Shown piece by piece: positions 8,087 through 17,628 of a stretch of 64,000 bases of DNA (its first letter is position 1; each line of letters begins with the position of its first letter). The position numbers and the translations under genes are program-made. The notes beneath the pieces were generated by a model, which was not told the origin of the DNA, did not search any database, and saw only the letters and a list, made by a program, of their open reading frames with translations. The stretch comes from a virus (Duplodnaviria > Caudoviricetes), in IMG/VR virus record IMGVR_UViG_3300032225_001145, positions 60,972 to 124,971 of that record; one strand, written 5' to 3'.

Positions 8087-8839
8087 ATGGCACAGATTAA
8101 ACACGTAGGTAGAAACGGTGACCGTAAGGTCCTAGTATTATATCGTGAAGTTCCAGGTGACGAGCACATGTGCTTGGTAGTCTATCCTGAAATTTTAAAT
8201 GCTTCATGGCAGGATGCGATTCAAAAGGTTGTAGAAAGTGATGTTGGTCAACAGGCTATTCAATTAGCTGATGCTTTACATCGTTCTTTCTTGCCAGATG
8301 GTCGTCCTATTCTTGAAACACTACACACCGAGCGTATGATTAAAAAAATTCGTTGCTCTGATGTGATTATGACTCCTAGCACAAACGCAAGTGTTCGTTT
8401 AGATGAACTTAATAAGTTAGTCAACGAAATGAACAAAGGCGCAGAAGCTATGAAGAAGATGGAAGAGAATGAAGCATCACGAGGTATGGTTGATCCACAA
8501 GTTAAACGTGCTGCCGAAGCCAAGTATAAAGAAGAGCAACTTTCTAAACAACAAGCTGCTGAATCTCGTTATCAAACTCCAGCTACACTTAGCGCACCGC
8601 AAGATGGTGTGTTAAGTGATCGTGCTATTGCCGCTAATATGTTAGCACAAGCTAAAAAGATGGAGCAAGAAGCTACTGCTATGATTTCAGAAGCCGCTCG
8701 TATGAAGAAAGACGCTGAGCGTATGGTGCCAGGAGTTAATCCAGCAGAAGCTACTTGGACTCCAGCAGAACCAGAGGCTCCTAAGCGTCGTGGCCGTCCA
8801 CCTAAAGCAGAAGCCGCGGTGAGCGATGCTGCCAATTGA
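8087..8839 (+). CDS. hypothetical coiled-coil protein with C-terminal AT-hook
   Basis: AGGAG RBS places the start at MAQIKHVG (8087); KRRGRPPK near the C-terminus. Confidence 0.8.
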   Translation: MAQIKHVGRNGDRKVLVLYREVPGDEHMCLVVYPEILNASWQDAIQKVVESDVGQQAIQLADALHRSFLPDGRPILETLHTERMIKKIRCSDVIMTPSTNASVRLDELNKLVNEMNKGAEAMKKMEENEASRGMVDPQVKRAAEAKYKEEQLSKQQAAESRYQTPATLSAPQDGVLSDRAIAANMLAQAKKMEQEATAMISEAARMKKDAERMVPGVNPAEATWTPAEPEAPKRRGRPPKAEAAVSDAAN

Positions 8840-9128
8840 TGAGTTGGTTGACCAGTGGGAAATTATTGTTAAAGAAGTAAACAAAACAGATGTACCACTG
8901 GAGTGCATTAAAAAAATCATAATTAAGTTAAACGATGGCAAGCAACGCACCATTAACTTACATACACTTATCAAACAAGGTTTACAAATTGAAGATATCG
9001 AAGCATTAGTTTCCAGAACATTTGCCGAAATGGATGCCGAGATTAAAGATGTTGACTTTGTTGTAGATATTAAAAGTGTTGCGGCATTAGTCCAACCCGA
9101 AACAGATAAGATATTGGGCAAACTTTAG
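8826..9128 (+). CDS. hypothetical protein
   Basis: 100-aa ORF overlapping the upstream gene end. Confidence 0.75.
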   Translation: MLPIDELVDQWEIIVKEVNKTDVPLECIKKIIIKLNDGKQRTINLHTLIKQGLQIEDIEALVSRTFAEMDAEIKDVDFVVDIKSVAALVQPETDKILGKL

Positions 9129-9129
9129 G

Positions 9130-9158
9130 TTGTAAAAAACCTAAAGTTGTGCTACAAT
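9130..9158 (+). promoter_or_regulatory. sigma70-type promoter
   Basis: TTGTAA-17-TACAAT, ATG at 9165. Confidence 0.6.
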
Positions 9159-9164
9159 ATCAGT

Positions 9165-9404
9165 ATGATTGAAATCAATTTTCATAGTTTTAGTATGGGT
9201 GATGTAGATGACCCCGAACTTTATGCGGCGTTTCCACTAGGCGAATTTATGGAAACCGAAAAAGGAAAGTGGATCAAATCTAATTGTTTGGATCCACGAT
9301 ATATTATTCGGCCAGACCCAGCTACCTACGGCAATCGAGTATTTGTCTACGGCAAGGTTGATGAAAAACTAGCTACAGAATATTATTTAAAGTGGGCTAA
9401 ATGA
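9165..9404 (+). CDS. small hypothetical protein (Y-x-L-K-W tail family)
   Basis: C-terminus VDEKLATEYYLKWAK; start moved to ATG 9165. Confidence 0.7.
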   Translation: MIEINFHSFSMGDVDDPELYAAFPLGEFMETEKGKWIKSNCLDPRYIIRPDPATYGNRVFVYGKVDEKLATEYYLKWAK

Positions 9405-10351
9405 AAATACTTGTAACTGGCGGCTTGGGATTTATAGGACATAATGTAGTTCGTATACTCGAAAGCTTCCGCCACGACTGTGCTATTATAGACAATCAAA
9501 CAGACTATGGCATTATACCTAAAAGCGAATTAGATTATCTAATGACCGAACGACTATGTAGAATTCAAACTCGCGATATTGCTATAGCAGATATTTCTAA
9601 ACCATTTGATGGCAGTATATTTGAAGGGGTAGATGTTGTTATACATTTGGCTAGTTTTCCTAGACAAAAAGTAGTTAATAAAAATCCTACTCTGGGCAGT
9701 AGAATAATGATCGAAGGATTACTAAATTTATTAGAACTGAGCGTCAAACATAAAGTAAAGAAATTTGTTTATGTTAGTAGCAGCATGGTGTATGGCAATT
9801 TTAATAGACAGGCTATGTATGATGGTATTGACGAAAGTAGTGACTGCAAACCTATAGGCCAATATGGTATTATGAAGTTAGCTGGAGAATGGCTAGTACA
9901 AGATTATAGTAGACAACATAGATTAGATTACACTATTGTCCGTCCTAGCGCAGTATACGGACCATATGACGTCGAAGATAGAGTAATTAGCAAGTTTTTG
10001 ACACAAGCTATACGAGGTGAAGAATTAACAGTCAACGGCATCGACGATGCATTAGATTTTACTTATATCGACGATGCCGCTATGGGCATAGCTTTATCTG
10101 CTATTAGTGATGATACAAAAAATACTATCTATAATATAGCTCGAGGAAAATCACATACCTTAGCAGAGGCCGCAAATTTAATAGTTGATATGGTGGGGAA
10201 GGGCTCTGTGTGTGTTAAAAATCGAGATACATCGTTCCCAATTCGCGGGCAATTAAACATTATGCGAGCTAAAACAGATTTTGGTTATTACCCCACAGTT
10301 GATTTAGTTAACGGATTAAAAGAATACTATGACTGGCTTCAACGTGCTTGA
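9401..10351 (+). CDS. NAD-dependent nucleotide-sugar epimerase/dehydratase (extended SDR)
   Basis: TGGLGFIG, HLAS, SSSMVYG, YGIMK (YxxxK), VYGP. Confidence 0.92.
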   Translation: MKILVTGGLGFIGHNVVRILESFRHDCAIIDNQTDYGIIPKSELDYLMTERLCRIQTRDIAIADISKPFDGSIFEGVDVVIHLASFPRQKVVNKNPTLGSRIMIEGLLNLLELSVKHKVKKFVYVSSSMVYGNFNRQAMYDGIDESSDCKPIGQYGIMKLAGEWLVQDYSRQHRLDYTIVRPSAVYGPYDVEDRVISKFLTQAIRGEELTVNGIDDALDFTYIDDAAMGIALSAISDDTKNTIYNIARGKSHTLAEAANLIVDMVGKGSVCVKNRDTSFPIRGQLNIMRAKTDFGYYPTVDLVNGLKEYYDWLQRA

Positions 10352-11540
10352 TGTTTATCAAATCCCCAAAGAAGAAGTTGAAAAAATTGAATGGCAAGGT
10401 GATTATAAAGATTACGATTATAATCTTTTTAGGTTGGGAACCGGACATAAAGAATTTATAATAGTTAATCCAGCTTTTGAAAATTATAAAATTAAATCAA
10501 TTCCATACGATAGTAATCGCTGTATTGTATGGAAATATAAAAATCAATGGATAGCAAAATATTTTAATGCGTTATGGGATATAGAAAAACGCTATGCTGA
10601 AATTGAAGTCGAAATTGATTTTGAAGTTGAATGGATTAGAAATCCTGAAATAGACTCTATAATAGTTTTTGAAAATGATCCTACCGTAAACGCCGTGTAC
10701 GATTTATACGATTTGAATTACGAAATGGTATGGTATGTAGATCCTAAATTAACCGATAATAGAATTTGGGCATTCAAAGGAAAATTAAAAGATTATAAGA
10801 TAGTGGGTACCAAAGATATGGGATATGTTTCCATAACTGGATCGAATCAACTAGACGTTATTTTTATTAGTTACAATGAACCTAATGCTGAAAAAAATTG
10901 GCTAAGAGTTTTAGAAAAATCGCCTAAAGCATTTCGTGTCAACGGTATAACAGGAATTGTTAACGCTCATAAATGCGCAGCTGAACTTGCTACTACAGAT
11001 ATGTTTTATGTTATTGACGGCGATGCCTATCTAACAGATGACTGGAGTTTTGAATATCAACCTAGTATATTTGATCGAGATTGTGTACATGTTTGGCGCA
11101 GTCGTAATCCTGTTAATGATTTAGAATACGGATACGGCGGAGTTAAATTATTGCCAAGACAATTAACTTTGGATGTAGATCCAAATTGTGTAGACATGAC
11201 TACTAGTATCAGCTCTAGATTTAAACCTATGAATAAAGTAAGCAATATTACTGAGTTTAATACCAACGAATTTAATACTTTTCGTAGTGCCTTTAGAGAA
11301 TGTGCTAAACTATCTAGCAATATTTTAAAAAGGCAACTAGCTCGAGAAAGCAGTAAAAGACTTAATATTTGGTGTACTGTCGGAGACGATAAGCCCTTCG
11401 GTGAGTGGGCAATAAAAGGCGCCAATGCCGGCAAAGAGTTTGGGTGCGATAATCAAAAAAATCTTACCGCTTTACAAAAAATAAATGATGACGAATTTAT
11501 ACAAAAACAATTTGCTATAAGTCAAAAATTAATTTCTTAA
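10329..11540 (+). CDS. GT-A-like glycosyltransferase (C-terminal domain)
   Basis: ISYNEP...AHKCAA...VIDGD (DxD)...YGYGG...AFRE; paralog of 21714-22646. Confidence 0.65.
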   Translation: MTGFNVLDVYQIPKEEVEKIEWQGDYKDYDYNLFRLGTGHKEFIIVNPAFENYKIKSIPYDSNRCIVWKYKNQWIAKYFNALWDIEKRYAEIEVEIDFEVEWIRNPEIDSIIVFENDPTVNAVYDLYDLNYEMVWYVDPKLTDNRIWAFKGKLKDYKIVGTKDMGYVSITGSNQLDVIFISYNEPNAEKNWLRVLEKSPKAFRVNGITGIVNAHKCAAELATTDMFYVIDGDAYLTDDWSFEYQPSIFDRDCVHVWRSRNPVNDLEYGYGGVKLLPRQLTLDVDPNCVDMTTSISSRFKPMNKVSNITEFNTNEFNTFRSAFRECAKLSSNILKRQLARESSKRLNIWCTVGDDKPFGEWAIKGANAGKEFGCDNQKNLTALQKINDDEFIQKQFAISQKLIS

Positions 11541-12129
11541 CATCATCAAAATATATATCATTGTTTATAAGTCTAAGCGTTAATATTTTCCGACTATTAT
11601 CTAGGCTTTTATTATAAAAAGTATGATAGATATCTACATTTATAAGTACTGCTTCGTTAGGCTGTGCGACTAAAGTTTTTACTTGAGGATATTCTGCAGC
11701 GTTGCGCCAATCTCTTAAAATATTTCTTGTAGTAATACCAGTAATATGCTCAGTACTATTACTACTAACAGGCCAATCTTTAAACTGTTCATCATTGTAC
11801 CAACCAGTTATACATTTATCATCTAATATCTGTAAAGGAATGTTAATACTTACTCGGTTGTCGTAGCCATCTTTATGTATACCGGCTCCGCCGTCGGGCC
11901 ATGTATTAAATATCCAAAATCTATTCAATTTTAAAGGAGTAATATCTTTAAATGGCAATTTTTCATTAATTGATATTGCTGTGTCTCGAGAAAGATATTC
12001 GGTTTGATACCCGGCGGCTTTTACTATGTTCGCTAAAGGTTGCTTAGATACAAAGTCAATTATATCTGATAGTCCGTCCCATTTAAATCTTATATAATAA
12101 GGACTACAGTCTTCTATAATGGTATACAT
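11515..12129 (-). CDS. cupin/2OG-Fe(II) oxygenase-like protein; paralog of 1025-1624
   Basis: IHKDG...YH...LTLR; identical N-terminus MYTIIEDCSPYYIRF. Confidence 0.65.
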   Translation of the reverse strand: MYTIIEDCSPYYIRFKWDGLSDIIDFVSKQPLANIVKAAGYQTEYLSRDTAISINEKLPFKDITPLKLNRFWIFNTWPDGGAGIHKDGYDNRVSINIPLQILDDKCITGWYNDEQFKDWPVSSNSTEHITGITTRNILRDWRNAAEYPQVKTLVAQPNEAVLINVDIYHTFYNKSLDNSRKILTLRLINNDIYFDDVKKLIFDL

Positions 12130-12144
12130 TTTATTAAATATTCT

Positions 12145-12756
12145 TTATTCTAATATTGCGTCAAAAATACAAACTATTCTGTCAACTGCTGTTTCATTTG
12201 TTATACTGTGTGGCACATGGTTATTAATCCAGTATAATTTACCCAATTCCAACTCAATGACTTCTTCTCTTACTATGAGCGAAGAACTTTTATCACAACT
12301 TATTATATATTGAAAACGATCATGTATTTCATAATAATTTCCTGAATCAATATGAGATTTTACACTTCCGCCCGCAAACAATCTACTTATCATAATTCTA
12401 CCTAATAATATATTAGAGACTCCTTTTTCTATTAATGACCTTGTAAACCAGTCTACTAGTTCTTGGAAGATGGGATGCAAGTCGTACTCAGACATATTTG
12501 TAGCTGGCAGGAAATCGTTCCATTCTTTGTCAGTAACCGGCTTCGGTAGACCAGCGTTTAAATCAATATATCTTAAAAAAATTGCTTCGGTATCGCGCAA
12601 ATATTTGTTTGTACGTTGTCTGCCAGTTCTTAATTTCCACCATTTTTCATTTTCAGAATTGTTTAACACATCTGTTAATCTTTTAGCAAGGTCTTGATTC
12701 TCGTTAATAAACAGGTAATTACTTTCCACTGGTGCTAATTTAAAAGGTGAAAACAT
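12145..12756 (-). CDS. aspartyl/asparaginyl beta-hydroxylase-like 2OG-Fe(II) dioxygenase
   Basis: RIMISRLFAGGSVKSHID...WINNHVPHSITN...DRIVCIFD; AGGAG RBS. Confidence 0.8.
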   Translation of the reverse strand: MFSPFKLAPVESNYLFINENQDLAKRLTDVLNNSENEKWWKLRTGRQRTNKYLRDTEAIFLRYIDLNAGLPKPVTDKEWNDFLPATNMSEYDLHPIFQELVDWFTRSLIEKGVSNILLGRIMISRLFAGGSVKSHIDSGNYYEIHDRFQYIISCDKSSSLIVREEVIELELGKLYWINNHVPHSITNETAVDRIVCIFDAILE

Positions 12757-12800
12757 ATAAAAATCTCCTACAGTATTTATACCATACTAAATATCACACC

Positions 12801-13991
12801 ATGAAAAATAATATTGGCTTTTATGTTGTCAACGGTGTTAGATATTCAAATAAAATACAAGCAATTTTAGAGGCCCAAAAAACTCTAGCAGATATTTCAT
12901 GGGAATTTTATAACGATGAGTTCAATAAAATAAATTGGCAAGAAGAACCTACTGCTAGTTTAGAAGAGCTATACAAAATTAGATGTCAACAAATACGCAA
13001 CGAATATGATTACATAGTTGTTATGTGTAGCGGAGGAGCAGATAGCACTAATGTGATTAGAAGTTTTTTAAATAACAATATTCATGTTGACGAAATTGTA
13101 GGTGCTTGCCCTATGTCTGGTTTAAAGAATTGGGATTGGGATGCCACTAATAAATCGGTATCTAATACCATCACTGAAACCAAATATGCTTTACTTCCAT
13201 TAATGCATGAGATCGCTACAAAGTATCCAGCGACTAAAGTTACTCAGCTTGATTATTTCGAGTATATGACTGAATATAAAACCGACGAATGGCTTTATGA
13301 ATGCCAAGACTGGGTCAATCCTGTCATAAATGCTAAAGGTAAATTAGATAAACTAAAACATCTCGTAGCTTTGGCTGATCAAGGTAAGCGGATTGGTATA
13401 GTATGGGGAATAGACAAACCTATACTTAGATATCGAGCAGGCGGATCAATGCTTACTATGATAACAGATATAGGCGTAAATAACGCTGTACAACCCTTTG
13501 AAACAAATTATCCAAATGTAGATCGTATTTTATTTTATTGGGGACCAGAGTTACCTTCTATGCTTGTAAAACAGAGTCACGTGCTTGCTCGACATATTCA
13601 CAAGAAAGAAAATCATTGGCTAGCAAACATAATAAAAGACCTAAGTACCAATAAATTTTGGGTTGACCATGCTAATAATTTACACAATGATTTTGATTGG
13701 GATTATACAAGAGCCTTTACTCCGTTTATCTATCCAAATACTTATGATAAAAACACATTTCAATGTAGCAAATCTGCCCAGACATTTTTACCGCCTCAGC
13801 ATGATTGGTTTAACATATTACACAAAAATACCTATATGCATCAAATGGTAGAAAGTGATTTTGCTTTATTTTATAAAAGTCTAAATCCTAAATATCTTAA
13901 TTTTAAAAAAAATGGTTTTATAAAATTTGATATTACATTTAATATCGGACACTACTCAAAATTTTTAGACATGCCTAATCTAATACAATAA
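12801..13991 (+). CDS. PP-loop (N-type ATP pyrophosphatase / asparagine synthetase-like) protein
   Basis: MCSGGADS PP-loop; start moved to ATG 12801, 7 nt after TAAATA. Confidence 0.75.
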   Translation: MKNNIGFYVVNGVRYSNKIQAILEAQKTLADISWEFYNDEFNKINWQEEPTASLEELYKIRCQQIRNEYDYIVVMCSGGADSTNVIRSFLNNNIHVDEIVGACPMSGLKNWDWDATNKSVSNTITETKYALLPLMHEIATKYPATKVTQLDYFEYMTEYKTDEWLYECQDWVNPVINAKGKLDKLKHLVALADQGKRIGIVWGIDKPILRYRAGGSMLTMITDIGVNNAVQPFETNYPNVDRILFYWGPELPSMLVKQSHVLARHIHKKENHWLANIIKDLSTNKFWVDHANNLHNDFDWDYTRAFTPFIYPNTYDKNTFQCSKSAQTFLPPQHDWFNILHKNTYMHQMVESDFALFYKSLNPKYLNFKKNGFIKFDITFNIGHYSKFLDMPNLIQ

Positions 13992-14004
13992 CAGATTAAA
14001 ATGA

Positions 14005-14946
14005 TTAGTGTCCTTGTAAATTTTTGATCATTTGTTTATAAGATAATGTGAACTCTGCATCACTAAAAGGAAATTGCTCTATAAGTTTTGCTTTTACAGA
14101 TCGTTCTACAAATGCTAAATTTTCAAAACCTGTATATTTTTTCCTGTCAGCGATATCAGATTCAGGATAATGTTTTTGATACAATGCGTGTTTAATATCA
14201 GCATTAGACGATAATGGATTTTCATTTTCTAATTTAGAATTTACCAATTCAAGAATAATAGGATCAGTGAGATACGCTAACATTTGCTCAGGCGTATATT
14301 GATGAAATCCTGGTACTCCTTTAATGCCCGAAAACATCCAATACTTATACCAAGACACAATTACTTCTCTTTCTCTAAACCACCACTCCCCAAATTGACC
14401 GTAAATGAACGGTTCTCCTTGGCCTAATACTACAAAGCCGTCTAGTTGTTTTGCTAACCACATTGTACATGCTAACATAGGGCTACGAGTTTGACTAAGT
14501 GTTACTATTTCTTGGAATTCCGTTGAATCCCAAAAATCAATAGGATTTAAGATATATTCTTTTTTAGGAATGTTGTATTTTTCACAAAACATGTCAGCAT
14601 ATCTACATTCTTCGTAATTTAATATTTTATCACTATTTTTAATTTTATATTTTAATACTGCAGCCACAAAAGGAACGTTAGCTTCAAGAAAACTTCTAGC
14701 GGCAACTTCACTATCTGCTCCACCTGATAATAAAAGATAAATTGTTTCATTTTTCGCAGACTCTTGAATTAGCAAAGCCGCCCTCTTATTTGCTTTGTTA
14801 ATTGATAAATTTTCAGAAGCTATTCCGTACTCACATTGCCATTTTTGATTATCTCCGGTTCGCGGAACATACCACTGCCCATCGTATCCAAATTTAAAAT
14901 GATTCATAAATGTATAGGCAGGCGAGATATCACAATAAGTATTCAT
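14005..14946 (-). CDS. PP-loop (asparagine synthetase-like) protein
   Basis: LLSGGADSE, VLGQGE, K...RKKYTGFE; TATAAATA upstream. Confidence 0.75.
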   Translation of the reverse strand: MNTYCDISPAYTFMNHFKFGYDGQWYVPRTGDNQKWQCEYGIASENLSINKANKRAALLIQESAKNETIYLLLSGGADSEVAARSFLEANVPFVAAVLKYKIKNSDKILNYEECRYADMFCEKYNIPKKEYILNPIDFWDSTEFQEIVTLSQTRSPMLACTMWLAKQLDGFVVLGQGEPFIYGQFGEWWFREREVIVSWYKYWMFSGIKGVPGFHQYTPEQMLAYLTDPIILELVNSKLENENPLSSNADIKHALYQKHYPESDIADRKKYTGFENLAFVERSVKAKLIEQFPFSDAEFTLSYKQMIKNLQGH

Positions 14947-14992
14947 ATGAATTCTATTTATAAGCTGAACAGTATGGTACTAAATAATTTTA

Positions 14993-15808
14993 ATGAGGGA
15001 AATAATGATTGATTTTAAAAAATTTTATAATGTTGTTTTTTATGACAGCAATATGAACTCTATTAATATAAAAGAAGCTACTCTAGAAATAGCCAGAACT
15101 TGCGATTTCGTGCCAAAGTATGATTTTAGTCAAGTACCAGATTTACCATTACATGAACTTGTTATTAAATTAATCAATGAACTCCCTGAAGGATTTACAT
15201 TTGTAAAAACAAATCCTGATTTACTTAATATTTCACTCGAAAATATTTGCAAAAAAATTAGGCCTGATATAAAATTTATTGTACCTTATGGAAATCTAGA
15301 GAAAGAATGGTACGATTGGGCTGTGCCTAATTTACTACTACATGAATCTAACCAAGCACATGAATTATATACTGTGTGTAAATTAGCAGACAAAGGCATA
15401 CCAGCAGGATTAGTCGGACCATTTTTTGCACTTCAAGATCGTGGAGTAATGTCAAAAAATACATCTGGTTTTAATGCTGTTGCTCCAAATTGGCAAATTG
15501 CAGACATCTATACCACCATACCAATTAGACTATTAGCCGAATACCGTCCAGAAATTTTATATCCTAATTTTTGTTTATTATTATCAAAAGCATTTTTAAA
15601 ATTTTTAGATGTTGATAATAATTGGAGGATTTATAGATCGTTGACTGTAGATAGATTCTTCCCCGTTAATTTGGCATTTGCCTTAGATCCTATAGCTAAT
15701 CATGATTTTAGAACAGTGGCTAGTCAGATAGATTATCCAAGATATCCTGGAATAATAAAAAGAGAAAAATATGAGATGTATATACCAATTAGTACTATAT
15801 TAACTTAA
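14993..15808 (+). CDS. hypothetical protein
   Basis: 271-aa ORF behind TAAATA (14981-14986); no motif recognised. Confidence 0.7.
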   Translation: MREIMIDFKKFYNVVFYDSNMNSINIKEATLEIARTCDFVPKYDFSQVPDLPLHELVIKLINELPEGFTFVKTNPDLLNISLENICKKIRPDIKFIVPYGNLEKEWYDWAVPNLLLHESNQAHELYTVCKLADKGIPAGLVGPFFALQDRGVMSKNTSGFNAVAPNWQIADIYTTIPIRLLAEYRPEILYPNFCLLLSKAFLKFLDVDNNWRIYRSLTVDRFFPVNLAFALDPIANHDFRTVASQIDYPRYPGIIKREKYEMYIPISTILT

Positions 15809-15904
15809 AATTTTATTTTTGCTGGGGTATTCACTATTCTTAAAAATCTTAAAGGCTGTTAATGGCAAATAAGACTAAATAATTAATTAATAGGAGTTAT
15901 TAAA

Positions 15905-16210
15905 ATGCCCGTGACCTTAACAAGTGCCTCTACTAAGCCAAGCAATGTAAAATGGTTTCCGTATAGTTCTGATGATAATCAGTTACTAATTAATAATCTA
16001 AACAAATGGACTAAAGCACAACCTGGTTTTATTAGCCAAACATCAGAAAATCTTTCAGCCGATGCCAGCAATACAACATATATTTGGGATAGCATAGAAA
16101 ATTATGCAGCGTGGTATACAGCTCGTGAAAAGCGTCCAGAACAGATAGCTAGAGCAGCATACAATAGTACAAACAACATCATTTCTACATTAAATGAAAC
16201 GATTAGCTAA
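15905..16210 (+). CDS. hypothetical protein, possibly dimeric alpha-beta barrel (ABM-like)
   Basis: AGGAG RBS; QPGFIS...YIWDSIENYAAW resembles ABM-family motifs. Confidence 0.55.
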   Translation: MPVTLTSASTKPSNVKWFPYSSDDNQLLINNLNKWTKAQPGFISQTSENLSADASNTTYIWDSIENYAAWYTAREKRPEQIARAAYNSTNNIISTLNETIS

Positions 16211-16780
16211 TTTAAAATTTTTCATATTATTGTGCCAAACTATTTGTCCATTATCTGTTAGATAATGTAACATAACCCATTGTTTCATACTTTCTGGATC
16301 TTCTACATAGCAAGGTCCATTTAACGCATATTTTGTAGGTTCTAAGATAAATTCAGCATTACAATTAATTTTGATTAGTTTTGAATATTCTTCAAATCCC
16401 TTTAAGTTAAATGCCCTACTAATGAAGACACAATCTAATCCAATCAATTTTGCTTTTGCTAATTGTATAGGCAAGCAATAAGTTGTGTTAAGAAATTTAG
16501 CACCGCCAGTAAATTTTCCAGTATGCCTATAGTCTGGGTGGATCCACATTCTTGTACTGACTCTACCAATTCCGTTACCCCACCAATTTGTATTGACTTG
16601 TAAGGCGCTAAAGCATATAATTATATTATTGACTATCACTACAGGAAACGAGACAAAATTTCGTGGATCTATATCAATGTAATTATATTTTAAATCATCG
16701 GTTGTTGTTAACAAATATTGTTGAAATTGGTTCCATAATACCTCATCAAACAAGGTAGAAAAGTCAATAATTTTTATCAT
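16190..16780 (-). CDS. GNAT-like acyltransferase
   Basis: GRVSTRMWIHPDYRH acyl-CoA-binding-type motif; start moved to MIKIIDF (16780) behind TAAATA. Confidence 0.55.
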   Translation of the reverse strand: MIKIIDFSTLFDEVLWNQFQQYLLTTTDDLKYNYIDIDPRNFVSFPVVIVNNIIICFSALQVNTNWWGNGIGRVSTRMWIHPDYRHTGKFTGGAKFLNTTYCLPIQLAKAKLIGLDCVFISRAFNLKGFEEYSKLIKINCNAEFILEPTKYALNGPCYVEDPESMKQWVMLHYLTDNGQIVWHNNMKNFKLANRFI

Positions 16781-16806
16781 CGTGAAATATTTACTTAAAT
16801 ACATCC

Positions 16807-17628
16807 ATGCCTAAAACTAATTCCTTCCTTAACTATATCCTTTATCCTACCCATGCTATTGCTTGGTTAGGTACAATCCTTTATTTGATATTTTTTGATT
16901 TTACTTGGGTTAATTTTTTACAAGTATTAATTGGATGGATTATAATCGAAGGATTGGGCGTTGCAGTTATACTACACAGATATGTAAGCCATAGAGCCGT
17001 TGAATTACGCCCAGGATTAAAACCAATTTTACTTTGGATCAGCTGTTTGAGTTTACAAGGTAGTCCATTGGGTTGGGCCGCTGTACATCGCGGTAGTCAT
17101 CATAGATATTCTGATACTGAAAAAGATGCTCATGCTCCTAGTAGAGGCAAATGGTATGCGTGGCATAGTTGGTTACACGATTGGGACGAATATTTTAATC
17201 CTAAGTATGCTATTGATCTTGTAAAGGATCCTATGCACATGTGGTTTGCTAAAAATTATAATTGGATTATATTAGTTACTTACATCATAGTTGGGTTGAT
17301 ATCATGGCAGTTGTTATTATTTGGATTTATTGTTCCTGCCGCAATAAGTTTGTATATGGAAAGTAATATCAATGTATTTTGCCATACACCAGGATACGGT
17401 TATAGAAACTTTGACACTAAAGACGATAGTCAAAATGTTCCGTTACTTGGGTGGATTACTTGGGGCCAAGGTTGGCATAATAATCATCATGCTAAAGCAA
17501 GTTCATACGATTTTGGAACATCGGTAAGCGGCAATAAAAAAGAATGGGATTTTAGCCTTATCTTTTTACCATTGATTGCTACTAAAGAAAGCAGAAAACA
17601 AATATTCGACGGACGCAAAGTTCAATGA
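16807..17628 (+). CDS. membrane fatty-acid desaturase (delta-9/DesC-like)
   Basis: His boxes HRYVSH, HRGSHH, HNNHH; D-x-E-x-DAH-x-P; hydrophobic segments. Confidence 0.92.
   Translation: MPKTNSFLNYILYPTHAIAWLGTILYLIFFDFTWVNFLQVLIGWIIIEGLGVAVILHRYVSHRAVELRPGLKPILLWISCLSLQGSPLGWAAVHRGSHHRYSDTEKDAHAPSRGKWYAWHSWLHDWDEYFNPKYAIDLVKDPMHMWFAKNYNWIILVTYIIVGLISWQLLLFGFIVPAAISLYMESNINVFCHTPGYGYRNFDTKDDSQNVPLLGWITWGQGWHNNHHAKASSYDFGTSVSGNKKEWDFSLIFLPLIATKESRKQIFDGRKVQ

Noticed and set aside
1125-9747. Short antisense or alternate-frame ORFs (e.g. 1125-1340, 2189-2464, 6907-7296, 8260-9121)
   Set aside because: They lie within well-supported genes on the other strand or frame.
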